Of a stretch of DNA of 42,493 nt, positions 29,536 to 38,791 are shown in pieces. The notes beneath the pieces are model-generated. The model ran no database searches and was not told the origin of the DNA. It worked only from the letters and a program-made list of their open reading frames with translations. How positions within the stretch are numbered: the stretch's first letter is position 1; every line of letters starts with the position of its first letter. Position numbers and translations under genes: made by a program. Location: the sequence record SRR9188677_155; one strand, 5' to 3'.

Positions 29536-30426
29536 TCAAATCGCAGCAATCACCTCCGCCGCACTCGTCCATTTAATCCCTGGATAACGATCATTATCCA
29601 ACGGTGTATTCTGAACCGAAAACATACTATGCAAATACTGACTTTGCTGCCATTTGGCGTATAATTCATTTTCGCCCTCCGGGTGTGCGGCTCTCTGCTG
29701 TTTGTTGAAAGCCGAGAAATCTGCGAGACTCCCCATCGGTTTCAGTTTGAAATCTGCGTTTTTAAGATCCTTGGCATAAGCAAGAAGTTCCGTTGCACTC
29801 AACTGAAAACTGGCAATACGAAGAATTCTGGGTGTTTCCGGATCAAGTGCCGCTGCCGCGGTGAATTCAGCAGCATTGTCTTTTGTAGTGAAATCGACCT
29901 GCCAGTCAGGATCGTCACCCCAATAAGCAATGGTTTGCTCCTTCAAATTATAAAAAGGCGTATTGTACCTCAGAATATCTGCAAAAGCGCCAATCATAAC
30001 AGATGTCCCATTTATTGCAGCTTTATCCAAATGGGTATGAAACTCTTTTCGAAGGTCAAAATTGCGGTTTTCTCCTTCTGATAATTTAGTGAAATCGGAA
30101 GCGTAATCAGAAGGAATGAATCTTGGAACACCCGCTCTAACTGCTGCTTCCAGTAATAGCACCTGGGTATCAACGATAACGTCCCTGAGTCCCGCCAAGG
30201 TCGATACGACGCAGGATGCGCCCATGCAAGCCTGTGTAAGTTCATCGTCATCTGAAAAATCAACTTTGATTATAGTAGCACCTAAGTCAGCTATCCTGGA
30301 GATTTTTGCATTGTCGCTGTCGGCACGAACTAAGGCGTGAACGTCTGCGCCTTTGCGGATCAGGGATGCGATAATTCTTCCGCCAAGGTCACCTGTGGCA
30401 CCAGCTACTAAAATGAAATTACTCAT
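29536..30426 (-). CDS. NmrA-family / isoflavone-reductase-like NAD(P)-binding protein
   Basis: ILVAGATGDLG, AAVRAGVPRFIPSDY; ATG at 30426 preferred. Confidence 0.9.
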   Translation of the reverse strand: MSNFILVAGATGDLGGRIIASLIRKGADVHALVRADSDNAKISRIADLGATIIKVDFSDDDELTQACMGASCVVSTLAGLRDVIVDTQVLLLEAAVRAGVPRFIPSDYASDFTKLSEGENRNFDLRKEFHTHLDKAAINGTSVMIGAFADILRYNTPFYNLKEQTIAYWGDDPDWQVDFTTKDNAAEFTAAAALDPETPRILRIASFQLSATELLAYAKDLKNADFKLKPMGSLADFSAFNKQQRAAHPEGENELYAKWQQSQYLHSMFSVQNTPLDNDRYPGIKWTSAAEVIAAI

Positions 30427-30596
30427 GTGGTTTTTTGTTTGTTTAAATTCGGCAGCACTTTTGGTAAGCAGAGCAACGTAATAGGTGAGTGACGACAATG
30501 TTCGTATATGGTTGCCTCAATTTCGTGCCAAAGCTATTTTGAGACCGCTGACCGCACTTTGAAATCGGGGCAGGCAAGCTCTTTCATTAACACACT

Positions 30597-32531
30597 TCAA
30601 TACCTCCCACCAATAACCCTATCATTCAGATCCGCATATTTTCCTGCCAGCTTTGGCAACCGTTTTGGTGTATTGGCAGAAGAAGTAGTGTCAGTTAAAG
30701 CTTTCAAAAAGGAAACCAGGTCTTGCTTTTCCAAAACAGTCAGGTTCAGATGATCGGGTAAAATAGTCCATATGACTTTCTCTTTTAAAAATTCGTTGCC
30801 GCCGCCATGATTGTAGAAATCGACAACCTGTTCAAGCGTTTGATATATTCCGTTATGCATATACGGAGCTGTTAAGGCGACATTTCTGATCGTAGGTGTC
30901 TTGAAGGAAAATTTGAATAATGGATTTTGAGTAGAATGTTCTTCGCCAATATCCGGATCAACTTTGTAAGTGCTCATGGTGTCGCGTATCGGAACACCCA
31001 AACTTCGATGGTCATTAGTGCTATAATATGGAGGCAAAGTTCCGTTAAATAAGGGCGCATAGTGACAGCTTCCACATCTGCCTTTCCCCATAAAAATGTT
31101 AAATCCATTGATTTCATTTTTGGTCAACGCCGACTTGTTTCCCCGAACGTATTGATCAAATGGAGAATTGAGTCCTACCAAGGTTCTCTCATAAGTAGCG
31201 ATGGCAGATTTAATCTGTTTTCGTCCAATTCCATTTTTAACCGTTTCCGGAAAAGCCTTTTGAAATAACTTCACGTATTCGTCGCTCGCCCTTATTCGCA
31301 TGGTCACATTCTCGAAAGAGCTATGCAGTTCCTCGGAATTCATCACAACCGAATCGGCCTGGTCTTCAAGCGAGTTCACTCGTGAGTCCCAAAACTGAGC
31401 CTTTTGATAAACAGAATTAATCACAGTAGGGGAGTTACGGGGAAGCTGTTTCATTGTAAAACTCATGCTTTTTTGGAAACCGTCGGTAAAAGCTTTTTCT
31501 GGTTTATGGCACGATGCGCAAGCTCTTTGATTATTGTCGGACAGGATCGGATCAAAAAACAACAACTTTCCCAATTCGACCCGTTTGGCTGTTAAAGCAT
31601 TGGTCTTTTCGGGAGCAAAATAATCACCATTAAACGCATTCAAATCAAATAGATTATCTGATTCCGGGTTCATCGCTGCAAAATTATCGACAAGTGGGAT
31701 ATTTAAAGTCTTCCGCAATTGTGTTAAATCAACCGAAAGCGGATTCAGGAATTCGGTGATAAATGCCATTCTGTCGAAACTGTTGAAGTCTTGATTGTTA
31801 GCCATAAATTGTTCAGCTCCGGCCAGCTTTTGTAGTATCTCTGGTTTTAAAGCAGAATTATCCGGAAGCTGGTCGACATACAACCTAACTATTTGTGACC
31901 AACTTTCGATCTCCGCTTTTACACATAGCAGGTTAACCGGATTCAATTGAAAGTCACCATTGCCAATACCAACGCTTGTTATGCGAAACATTTGAAGTCG
32001 AAGTGCATCCATAACGCGTTCGTCTGTTAGTTTTTCGAGATCATTTGCGTAGTCTGTTGCATTAATGGACTCCCTAAACGCCTCGGAAGCCCGTTTAATA
32101 AACATGACTCCAAATTCAATTGCTTTTTTATTTTCTTTTGCCAAAACCGAATCCGCTTCAATACCAAAAGGCCCTGCGATCAGAAAATTGTCGGGAATTG
32201 GCGGTCCGGCTTTTTGTGGAGTTAATTGAATGGGTTGCCATATCAGCTTATACGCCGCCTCCTGATGGAAATAGATAAAGAAGAGCTCCACACGTTTGAG
32301 TTGTTGTGCTAGTTGGTTGTACTTTTCTAAACGCAAAACATAACTGCTATCCATAAAATAAGTTGGATATACAGCAAGCAAGGAATCAAGCTTTTGCATT
32401 TCGGAGAGGTAAATCTGTCCGGCCAAATTGGCGGTTTTCGTTCTTTCTAAAGGTTGTTCCTGTCTGAGAACTGCCGCGCAAAACAGGGCTACAATGGTTG
32501 TAACAAAAATCAAGACGTATATCTTTTTCAT
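30597..32531 (-). CDS. Di-heme cytochrome c peroxidase / MauG-family protein with long N-terminal extension
   Basis: LGKLLFFDPILS, CASCH, RNSPT, FWDSR, CGSCH, FKTPTIRNVALTAPYMHNG. Confidence 0.92.
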   Translation of the reverse strand: MKKIYVLIFVTTIVALFCAAVLRQEQPLERTKTANLAGQIYLSEMQKLDSLLAVYPTYFMDSSYVLRLEKYNQLAQQLKRVELFFIYFHQEAAYKLIWQPIQLTPQKAGPPIPDNFLIAGPFGIEADSVLAKENKKAIEFGVMFIKRASEAFRESINATDYANDLEKLTDERVMDALRLQMFRITSVGIGNGDFQLNPVNLLCVKAEIESWSQIVRLYVDQLPDNSALKPEILQKLAGAEQFMANNQDFNSFDRMAFITEFLNPLSVDLTQLRKTLNIPLVDNFAAMNPESDNLFDLNAFNGDYFAPEKTNALTAKRVELGKLLFFDPILSDNNQRACASCHKPEKAFTDGFQKSMSFTMKQLPRNSPTVINSVYQKAQFWDSRVNSLEDQADSVVMNSEELHSSFENVTMRIRASDEYVKLFQKAFPETVKNGIGRKQIKSAIATYERTLVGLNSPFDQYVRGNKSALTKNEINGFNIFMGKGRCGSCHYAPLFNGTLPPYYSTNDHRSLGVPIRDTMSTYKVDPDIGEEHSTQNPLFKFSFKTPTIRNVALTAPYMHNGIYQTLEQVVDFYNHGGGNEFLKEKVIWTILPDHLNLTVLEKQDLVSFLKALTDTTSSANTPKRLPKLAGKYADLNDRVIGGRY

Positions 32532-32709
32532 GTTGAGTCGAGGTGATAAGGCAGAATTTTATTCAGTCAGAAGCGACAGGTATTAAGAGCAAAAGTTAGG
32601 TAAAGATATGCCTGATTACAAGCCGGTTAATAAGTTGTGGTGATGGGGTTTGTGGCTGGGGCTGGCACCGGTTTGTGATTGGGGGCGGCCCACGCTGGGT
32701 TTTTGTGGT

Positions 32710-32808
32710 TTAGCGTTTTCAACGCGTTTTTGAAATCCCCGGACCGTGCGTTGAAAACGCTAAGCAAGGACCGCCCCGATTGCAAAACAGGGTGGGCTCG
32801 TTCCTTGC
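32710..32808. repeat. Cluster of REP-like palindromes
   Basis: Perfect 16-bp inverted repeat TTAGCGTTTTCAACGC (32710-32725) / GCGTTGAAAACGCTAA (32748-32763). It is followed by a degenerate CCGCCCCGATTGCAAAACAGGGTGG copy bracketed by GCAAGGA/TCCTTGC. Confidence 0.75.
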
Positions 32809-32853
32809 AATCGTAACACATTGTGTTCGATTTACAAGGATGAAAAATTAGTT

Positions 32854-33528
32854 TCAGCGTAATCGCACATCGTGACGCCCTGTCAAGAGCCGCCCCGATT
32901 GCAAATCGGGGCGAGCTGAACACTGGTAAAATTCAGGTCTGCTACTTTTTTTCATTTTTTTGTTGATTGGAAACTGAGCACCAATGCCATAGCTATTAAA
33001 AAATAGTTTACCACTATAACCGCTGAAATTAGCTGTGCCGATTAAACTAATTCCTTTCATAATGCCATAATTTAACCCGATCCCGGTACTATATCTCATC
33101 AAACCCTTGTTATATACGAACGATTTCGCGTTTCTTTGTTCAATAGGAACGGCAGGATTATTGGTAGCTATATGTTGAAAGTGAAATTGATCTTCAAACA
33201 ATCTTAACTTAATAAATGGGGTAAACTTTTTGTTGAGAATATTCCATTGGATCTCTGGAACAAGTTGGAGATAAGTTACCTTCCAGCCATTCAGATTGCT
33301 GTCCTTCGGATTATATATACCTATATCTTGTTTCAGCAGGACCCCTATAGATAATTGTTTGAAGACAAAAAAATGCATCGAAGTACTTACTCCAAAATCT
33401 AAACGGCGAAGCCTCGCATTTTTTAATATAAAGAGTTCCGGACTAACCATTATTTGACCTTTTCTCGTCTGCCCCAGACAAATATTAGAGCTCAGAAACA
33501 TCGTTAGCAATAGTATTTTTAATTTCAT
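32854..33528 (-). CDS. Hypothetical secreted protein, probable outer-membrane beta-barrel; C-terminus possibly extended by a frameshift
   Basis: Signal peptide ending CLG-Q; amphipathic strands GIGLNYG and YGIGAQF. Confidence 0.65.
   Translation of the reverse strand: MKLKILLLTMFLSSNICLGQTRKGQIMVSPELFILKNARLRRLDFGVSTSMHFFVFKQLSIGVLLKQDIGIYNPKDSNLNGWKVTYLQLVPEIQWNILNKKFTPFIKLRLFEDQFHFQHIATNNPAVPIEQRNAKSFVYNKGLMRYSTGIGLNYGIMKGISLIGTANFSGYSGKLFFNSYGIGAQFPINKKMKKSSRPEFYQCSARPDLQSGRLLTGRHDVRLR
32889..32916. repeat. REP-like palindrome, family A (best copy)
   Basis: CGCCCCGATT-GCA-AATCGGGGCG, a perfect 10-bp stem with a 3-nt loop. Confidence 0.8.
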
Positions 33529-33755
33529 AGAATCGGGATGTGTTATTTAACAGGCAGTTGAAATAACAATTTGACTACAATAACCTTATTAGGTCACGGT
33601 ACTGTTTGGGAACCCAAACAGCGCTCCAACGAGAACTGCAATCAGTGCTGAATATTGGGCATTTAATTGCCAATCCCGATTGGCGATTAAAACGATCCTC
33701 TTGGATTAGGCGTTCCCTTCTATGATGTCAACTCATTTGTTGAATCTTATTAGCA

Positions 33756-33819
33756 CGCGTTACAAACACTTTGCAGGGATGTATAGTCAAGGGCCACCTG
33801 ATTGCAAATCGCGCGGGGC
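33756..33819. repeat. Two degenerate REP-like palindromes
   Basis: CGCGTTACAAAC (33756-33767) and GATTGCAAATCGCGCGGGGC (33800-33819). Confidence 0.65.
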
Positions 33820-33887
33820 TTGTTTTCAAGAATCGGTAAAATTTATTCGTTGATTTAAGTTTTAATTCCAAATTTTAGTTTATTTCC

Positions 33888-34015
33888 TCACCCTTCCACA
33901 ATCCCAATCTCCTCCTCAGTCAGCCCATAAACCAATTGATCAATTTGCTTTTTCGAGAATTAAGTGTCGTAAAATGAATCGTTTGCTTTTACTTCAAGAG
34001 GTATTTTTTGACAAC
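33888..34015 (-). pseudogene. C-terminal remnant of a type IIG (Eco57I/TaqI-like) restriction-modification enzyme
   Basis: Hand translation: ...LEVKANDSFYDT*FSKKQIDQLVYGLTEEEIGIVEG*. This matches the type IIG C-terminal signature IDxLVYxLYGLTxEEIxxVE, with an internal stop and an apparent 3-codon deletion. Confidence 0.75.
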
Positions 34016-34074
34016 GGAAGGAATATTTCGCTAATACAGGTTGCCTGTTTGAGTAAAACGAAATCGTTGTAAGA

Positions 34075-34094
34075 TTGCCGCCACGCGGTGGCAA
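34075..34094. terminator. GC-rich stem-loop downstream of the WD40 gene
   Basis: TTGCCGCC-ACGC-GGTGGCAA, 22 nt past the stop. It lacks a U-tract on the 3' side in the minus orientation. Confidence 0.4.
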
Positions 34095-34116
34095 AAAAAT
34101 GAGACATTACTAATCC

Positions 34117-36984
34117 TCAATCCCTAACCCCATAACGCTCCTTCGTCTCATCTGAAAGCGGCATTAAAAACCTGTCCCCAAAAAGCCGGATCCATTCCTT
34201 TATTTCTTCATAAGTGTAATCCATTTTTTCACCAGCCACAAACTTGAAAAAACGCCCCTTTTTATACGGATCGGCCTTGAATACCTCGGTTCCGGCAGTA
34301 ATATAAAGCGTAGTGTCTCCAACCAGTTTTATGTCAATGGGATTGTGACTTAAGTGAAGTTGAAGCAACGGTTTTCCAGATGGCAATTCAAAACTTTCAA
34401 TGCGGTACTTTGTTTGTACCACCAAAATTCTTCCGTCCTGCGAAAAAGTAGCGGAGCGGATTTTCTTATCCTTCAGAAAGTCGACACTTTTTCCAGCAAT
34501 CAAGTCCCATATTTCTACCGTGCTATCGCGATTAGTAGTGACCAGCCATTTGCTGTCGTAAGAAAACTCGGCCCTTCGGATCATTTTTTCATTCTTCAAA
34601 AAGTCATGAAATTGTCCCAGAGGCGGTTCCCATACCTTCGTTGTGGAATTATAACTATTATCATCGATGGTAACCATCCATTTGCTGTCCAGTGAAAACG
34701 ACACATCACTAATATTCTTTTCATTACCTAAAAAACGCTGTAGCTTGCCTGATTCCAAGTCACAAAACTGCGTCGTGCCATCGCTATATTGTACCAAGAT
34801 CCATCTGCTGTCGCTAGAAAAGGTGGCGTTGTTGTACCTATTACTGGTTTTTAAGAAGGCCGGTTTCTCGCCGGTGGAGATTTTTACTAAAACGGCCTTA
34901 CTGAAACCATTTCTGGCAATGAACCATTGGCCATCATCCGAAAATTTTACATCGAACAACTGTGATTGATCCTTTAGGAAATCTGGTTCCTTACCACTGA
35001 CAAGCTCCAGTACTTTTGATTCGGTTCGTCCATCGGTAAGGACGACGTATCGATTATCTGGTGAAAAAGCGACCCGATATACAGGTGTTTCCAAGGAATC
35101 ATGCAACATCCCGGTGTCCAATTCCCATATTTTTGCCTTGTTATTCGCATTCAATGTGACAATCCATTTGCTGTCTGGAGAGAAGTCAACTTGCCTGATC
35201 CCAGGCTCATTCTTTAGAAAATCTTTGACTGTTCCTGATGTTGTACTCCATACTTTCGTAGTGATGCTATCATTGGTGATGATCCAGTTGCTGTTAGGGG
35301 AAATCGTTGCGAAACGGATGTATTTCTCTTTTTTTAAGAAATTTGGCGTGTTTCCTGACAACGTTTCAGACACTTTGGACTCTTTAAAGTCATTTGTGGT
35401 TGTTATGATCCATTTCCCATCTCTGGAGATTCTGGTAAATTTTAGGGGCTGTTTATGTCTTACCAAAGCCGGTACTTCTTCGGAAGTCAACTTCCACTTT
35501 TTTAAGCTATTGTTCTTATGCTCTGTAATAAGGTATTGACTATCTGTTGTAAAAGAAACTTCGGAAAGCTTGATTTCATCTCTCAAAAAATCTTGTTCTC
35601 TACCGGAAGAGACCTCCCAGACCTTGTTGGTTTTATCTGTAGCTTTAGTGAGAATCCATTTGCTGTCGGGTGAGAAAGTGGCTTTTGCAATCCCTCTTTC
35701 ATCACTCATGATATCCATGATTTTGCAAGAAACAACATCCCACAACTTGGCTGTGTGGTTGGCGTGCCGGGTAAGAACCCATTTGCTGTCGTGCGAGAAA
35801 ACTGCCTCAGTTGTTTGACTCGTGTCTTTCAGAACACAACGAATCTTATCGGACGTCAGGTCCCAAACTTTCGTATCCTCCGCCCATGACAACACCCATT
35901 TGCCATCGTCCGAAAAATAAGCCTGAACTAAGTCTTTTTCATCTTTGAGGAAATCGTGGGCGGTTCCGGAAGGAAGTTCCCAAATTTTAAGCTGATAATT
36001 TTGACTTAACGTCATCAGCCATCGGTCATCAGCAGAAAATTCACCCGCCATCACCTGTTTTTCGTCCCTGAGAATATCATGGATTTTGCCGGACTCTGTG
36101 TCCACAACACTCGCGCTACCGTTGGAAAATATGGTCATTACCCAACTTCCGCTTGGGGAAAAGCTGGCATTAAGAATCGGTTTTTCCTTACTAAAATAAT
36201 CAGGAATTTTGCCGAGCGCTAAGTTCCATAAAGATATCGACTCGATTTCGTGGTTAATAACAATCCACTTGCTGTCTGAAGAAAAGATTAGCCGCTCCAT
36301 CGAATTTTTTTTTGGCAAATCCTGAGAGTTTTTTGTGGCAAGGTTCCAAACCTTTGCCTTATCCCATTGGTCGATAATTAGCCATTTGCTATCATTTGAA
36401 AAAACTGCTTGAAAGACACCTTTCTCATTATCTAAAAAATTGAGCGCCAGGCCCGAATCTGCGTCCTGAATTCCGACGGTTTTGTCAGCATTAATTGTGA
36501 CTATCCATCGGCCGTTTGGTGAGATGGCGTCACCTGGATTAAATTGAAACCTCGTTTTTTCATGAAACTGATGAACACCGCTTCCGTTAAATATCTTCTT
36601 TGTTTGCTGTCTAACAAAGCTAAGCGCCCTTTCTTCTTTCGTTTTTTCGGCTGCTTTTTCCAGCAATCGAAGTCCCTCGCCGGGAGTTAGTTTATCCGCC
36701 TCAGATGCCCAATATAAAGCAGTTGCGGCACTTTGTTGTATTACTGCTTCCTTTTTCTCATTTTCAATTCTGTCGAACAGATTGTTAATGAGTTTATCAA
36801 CTTCCTGGCTTTTCTCAGGTGCGCAAAGTTTTGCTGCGTTGTATTTGTTCAGCGCCTTGCGATAGTCTTTTGCCTGCCTGAAATCATTACCCTGCTTGAT
36901 GAGACCCGGATATTGTGGACAATTTTGGGCAATGATATTGCTTTGAAAAACAAGGAAAACGATGATGGTTAGTATGTTTCTCAT
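34117..36984 (-). CDS. Secreted protein with an N-terminal TPR-like helix pair and about 18-19 WD40-like repeats
   Basis: Signal peptide MRNILTIIVFLVFQSNIIA-Q; AKDYRKALNKYNAA; ~41-aa repeats with FS-x-D-S/G-KW and K-V/I-W-D/E. Its start overlaps the upstream stop (ATGA). Confidence 0.88.
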   Translation of the reverse strand: MRNILTIIVFLVFQSNIIAQNCPQYPGLIKQGNDFRQAKDYRKALNKYNAAKLCAPEKSQEVDKLINNLFDRIENEKKEAVIQQSAATALYWASEADKLTPGEGLRLLEKAAEKTKEERALSFVRQQTKKIFNGSGVHQFHEKTRFQFNPGDAISPNGRWIVTINADKTVGIQDADSGLALNFLDNEKGVFQAVFSNDSKWLIIDQWDKAKVWNLATKNSQDLPKKNSMERLIFSSDSKWIVINHEIESISLWNLALGKIPDYFSKEKPILNASFSPSGSWVMTIFSNGSASVVDTESGKIHDILRDEKQVMAGEFSADDRWLMTLSQNYQLKIWELPSGTAHDFLKDEKDLVQAYFSDDGKWVLSWAEDTKVWDLTSDKIRCVLKDTSQTTEAVFSHDSKWVLTRHANHTAKLWDVVSCKIMDIMSDERGIAKATFSPDSKWILTKATDKTNKVWEVSSGREQDFLRDEIKLSEVSFTTDSQYLITEHKNNSLKKWKLTSEEVPALVRHKQPLKFTRISRDGKWIITTTNDFKESKVSETLSGNTPNFLKKEKYIRFATISPNSNWIITNDSITTKVWSTTSGTVKDFLKNEPGIRQVDFSPDSKWIVTLNANNKAKIWELDTGMLHDSLETPVYRVAFSPDNRYVVLTDGRTESKVLELVSGKEPDFLKDQSQLFDVKFSDDGQWFIARNGFSKAVLVKISTGEKPAFLKTSNRYNNATFSSDSRWILVQYSDGTTQFCDLESGKLQRFLGNEKNISDVSFSLDSKWMVTIDDNSYNSTTKVWEPPLGQFHDFLKNEKMIRRAEFSYDSKWLVTTNRDSTVEIWDLIAGKSVDFLKDKKIRSATFSQDGRILVVQTKYRIESFELPSGKPLLQLHLSHNPIDIKLVGDTTLYITAGTEVFKADPYKKGRFFKFVAGEKMDYTYEEIKEWIRLFGDRFLMPLSDETKERYGVRD

Positions 36985-38780
36985 TTGGCCTTCCTTTTAA
37001 GTTCATCCTCACACTGCTCTATCTTTTCATCTATTTCCTCAGCGGACAAATAGGCATCGTTTCCGACTTCTGATAATCCGCCTTTATAATCTTTGAAATT
37101 TAATTGCAAACGGTGTTTTGCTTTTACTAAATTGTCCAACGCCAATTGATATTCCTGGTATTCCATATAATTTCTGGCAATTCCATAGAAACGTTTTGCT
37201 TCCGCTGCATTGGTTTGTTCAAAAAACAGCTCGGCAGTCTTAAGACTTGTAAGAGAATTTTTATAAGATATATCTGCCTTTACGCGAGACTGGTCTGCCT
37301 CTTCGCGCTGTTGCCTGGCTGAGAGCATGAAGTGCAGGGATGCTGAGCCCATACCCAGGGATACCAGAGCTAATGCATAGGCTATTCGGCTTTTTCCTCG
37401 AACCTTTACATTAAGACTTTCCAATTCCGTGACACGTTCTCGTTCAGCCTCAACTTGTCTCTGAAGTTCTATTTGATGTCTTTCCTGTTTTGCGAGAGCG
37501 GCATGCGTTTCAATCTCTTTTTCTTTTGCTCTACGAACTCTTGCCACTTTCTGGATCGGTTCTACCAATGTATCGTGGCTTACTTCATAGAGCAATCTTC
37601 CGGCCGCATCGCGTTCCTTTCGCAATAATGAGCTTTCTTCCAAGACTTTAAGCAGGGACGGACTCACGTCGAATTCTTCTTCAATATAGGCATCAGAAAG
37701 AGAGTTGCGCCTTTCGTTGGTAATCAGTTTTTCCTCGATCATTTTCTGTGCCTTCTCCCGATTTTCGTCGGAAAGTTTGGCCAGAACGCCCTCATAATAA
37801 TTTTGAAAAATATTGGTGATATCGCTCAGATCTTCAACCGTTATTATTGTCTTCTTTCCTTCGCCAACGAGTGTATCCTCCACATAACGACACACGATCT
37901 GGAGCATCGATGTCTCTATGGTACCATCCTGTTTGTTGGCAATTCCATCTATGATTTTATCAACCGCTTTTTCGGAATAAGTAAATGGGGATGTATAGTA
38001 TAACCCTTCCAGTTGAGAAGGTTTGGAAATGGCTTGTATTGCCTGAAACTGTGTTAATGGAGCCAGTTCATAACAATTCTGTAATATTCCGGGATGCCGG
38101 TTAGTCAGGTTGTTTACCTGCGACAAGCGATCGGAGCGAATGGAAAACACGATTTTTACCTCTGGCATTTCGTACAAAAACGCATGGAAATCGTCGTCTA
38201 TCTTTCCTGCTCCATCCAATTCCCCCAGTTTTTTTCGGTATTTTACAGGAACTGCACTGTACAGTATTTCCGCCAATTGTTCTGAAAAAGCGTCGACAGC
38301 ATCCTTCGGATAAGTGAATAACTCCTCAAACTGGTCGAAGATTAATATGAATGGTTTGCGAGGATAATGCCTTTGTAAAGTTTTAACCCAATGCCAGAAC
38401 GAGTCTTCACCATTTGTCAGGATATTCAATGGTGACTGACTTACTTGCTCTTCACTCAGGATATTCCTTAATCTCTGATTCACCGTTTCGGCCGGATTTA
38501 CACCCTGATCTTCCGTTTTGGAGTAATTATTAAACCGTATAGAAAAATCCTGATAAGGTGTTTCGGCTTTGAGTTTTGGTAAAATCCCGGCATTCAAAAG
38601 CGAACTTTTTCCGTATCCACTCTTACCATAAAGCGTAACTACCTGCTTCACAAATATGAGGCTAAACAGATCAGCTATGTCCCTTTCACGACCGAAAAAC
38701 AGATCCTGTTCGTCAGCCGTAAATGGCTTTACTCCCGGGTAACGGTTTCGCAATACGTTATCTGAAACATCGCTTTCCAT
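36981..38780 (-). CDS. nSTAND1-type P-loop NTPase with coiled coil, one TM helix and a C-terminal TPR-like segment
   Basis: RYPGVKPF, FFGRERD, Walker A GKSGYGKS, Walker B ILIFDQFEELF, SIRSD, YEVSHDTL; TM IAYALALVSLGMGSASLHFML. Confidence 0.88.
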   Translation of the reverse strand: MESDVSDNVLRNRYPGVKPFTADEQDLFFGRERDIADLFSLIFVKQVVTLYGKSGYGKSSLLNAGILPKLKAETPYQDFSIRFNNYSKTEDQGVNPAETVNQRLRNILSEEQVSQSPLNILTNGEDSFWHWVKTLQRHYPRKPFILIFDQFEELFTYPKDAVDAFSEQLAEILYSAVPVKYRKKLGELDGAGKIDDDFHAFLYEMPEVKIVFSIRSDRLSQVNNLTNRHPGILQNCYELAPLTQFQAIQAISKPSQLEGLYYTSPFTYSEKAVDKIIDGIANKQDGTIETSMLQIVCRYVEDTLVGEGKKTIITVEDLSDITNIFQNYYEGVLAKLSDENREKAQKMIEEKLITNERRNSLSDAYIEEEFDVSPSLLKVLEESSLLRKERDAAGRLLYEVSHDTLVEPIQKVARVRRAKEKEIETHAALAKQERHQIELQRQVEAERERVTELESLNVKVRGKSRIAYALALVSLGMGSASLHFMLSARQQREEADQSRVKADISYKNSLTSLKTAELFFEQTNAAEAKRFYGIARNYMEYQEYQLALDNLVKAKHRLQLNFKDYKGGLSEVGNDAYLSAEEIDEKIEQCEDELKRKAK

Positions 38781-38791
38781 ATCGGCTTCGC

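Noticed and set aside
32700-32920. Possible CRISPR array from repeated palindromes
   Set aside because: The copies are non-identical, irregularly spaced and partly inverted, and there are no cas genes.
32627-32923. 98-aa minus-strand ORF
   Set aside because: It is made largely of translated REP palindromes and overlaps the neighbouring gene end.
33586-33700. Short minus-strand frame ending ...ALIAVLVGALFGFPNSTVT
   Set aside because: It could be a membrane-protein remnant, but it has no start codon and is too short to assign.
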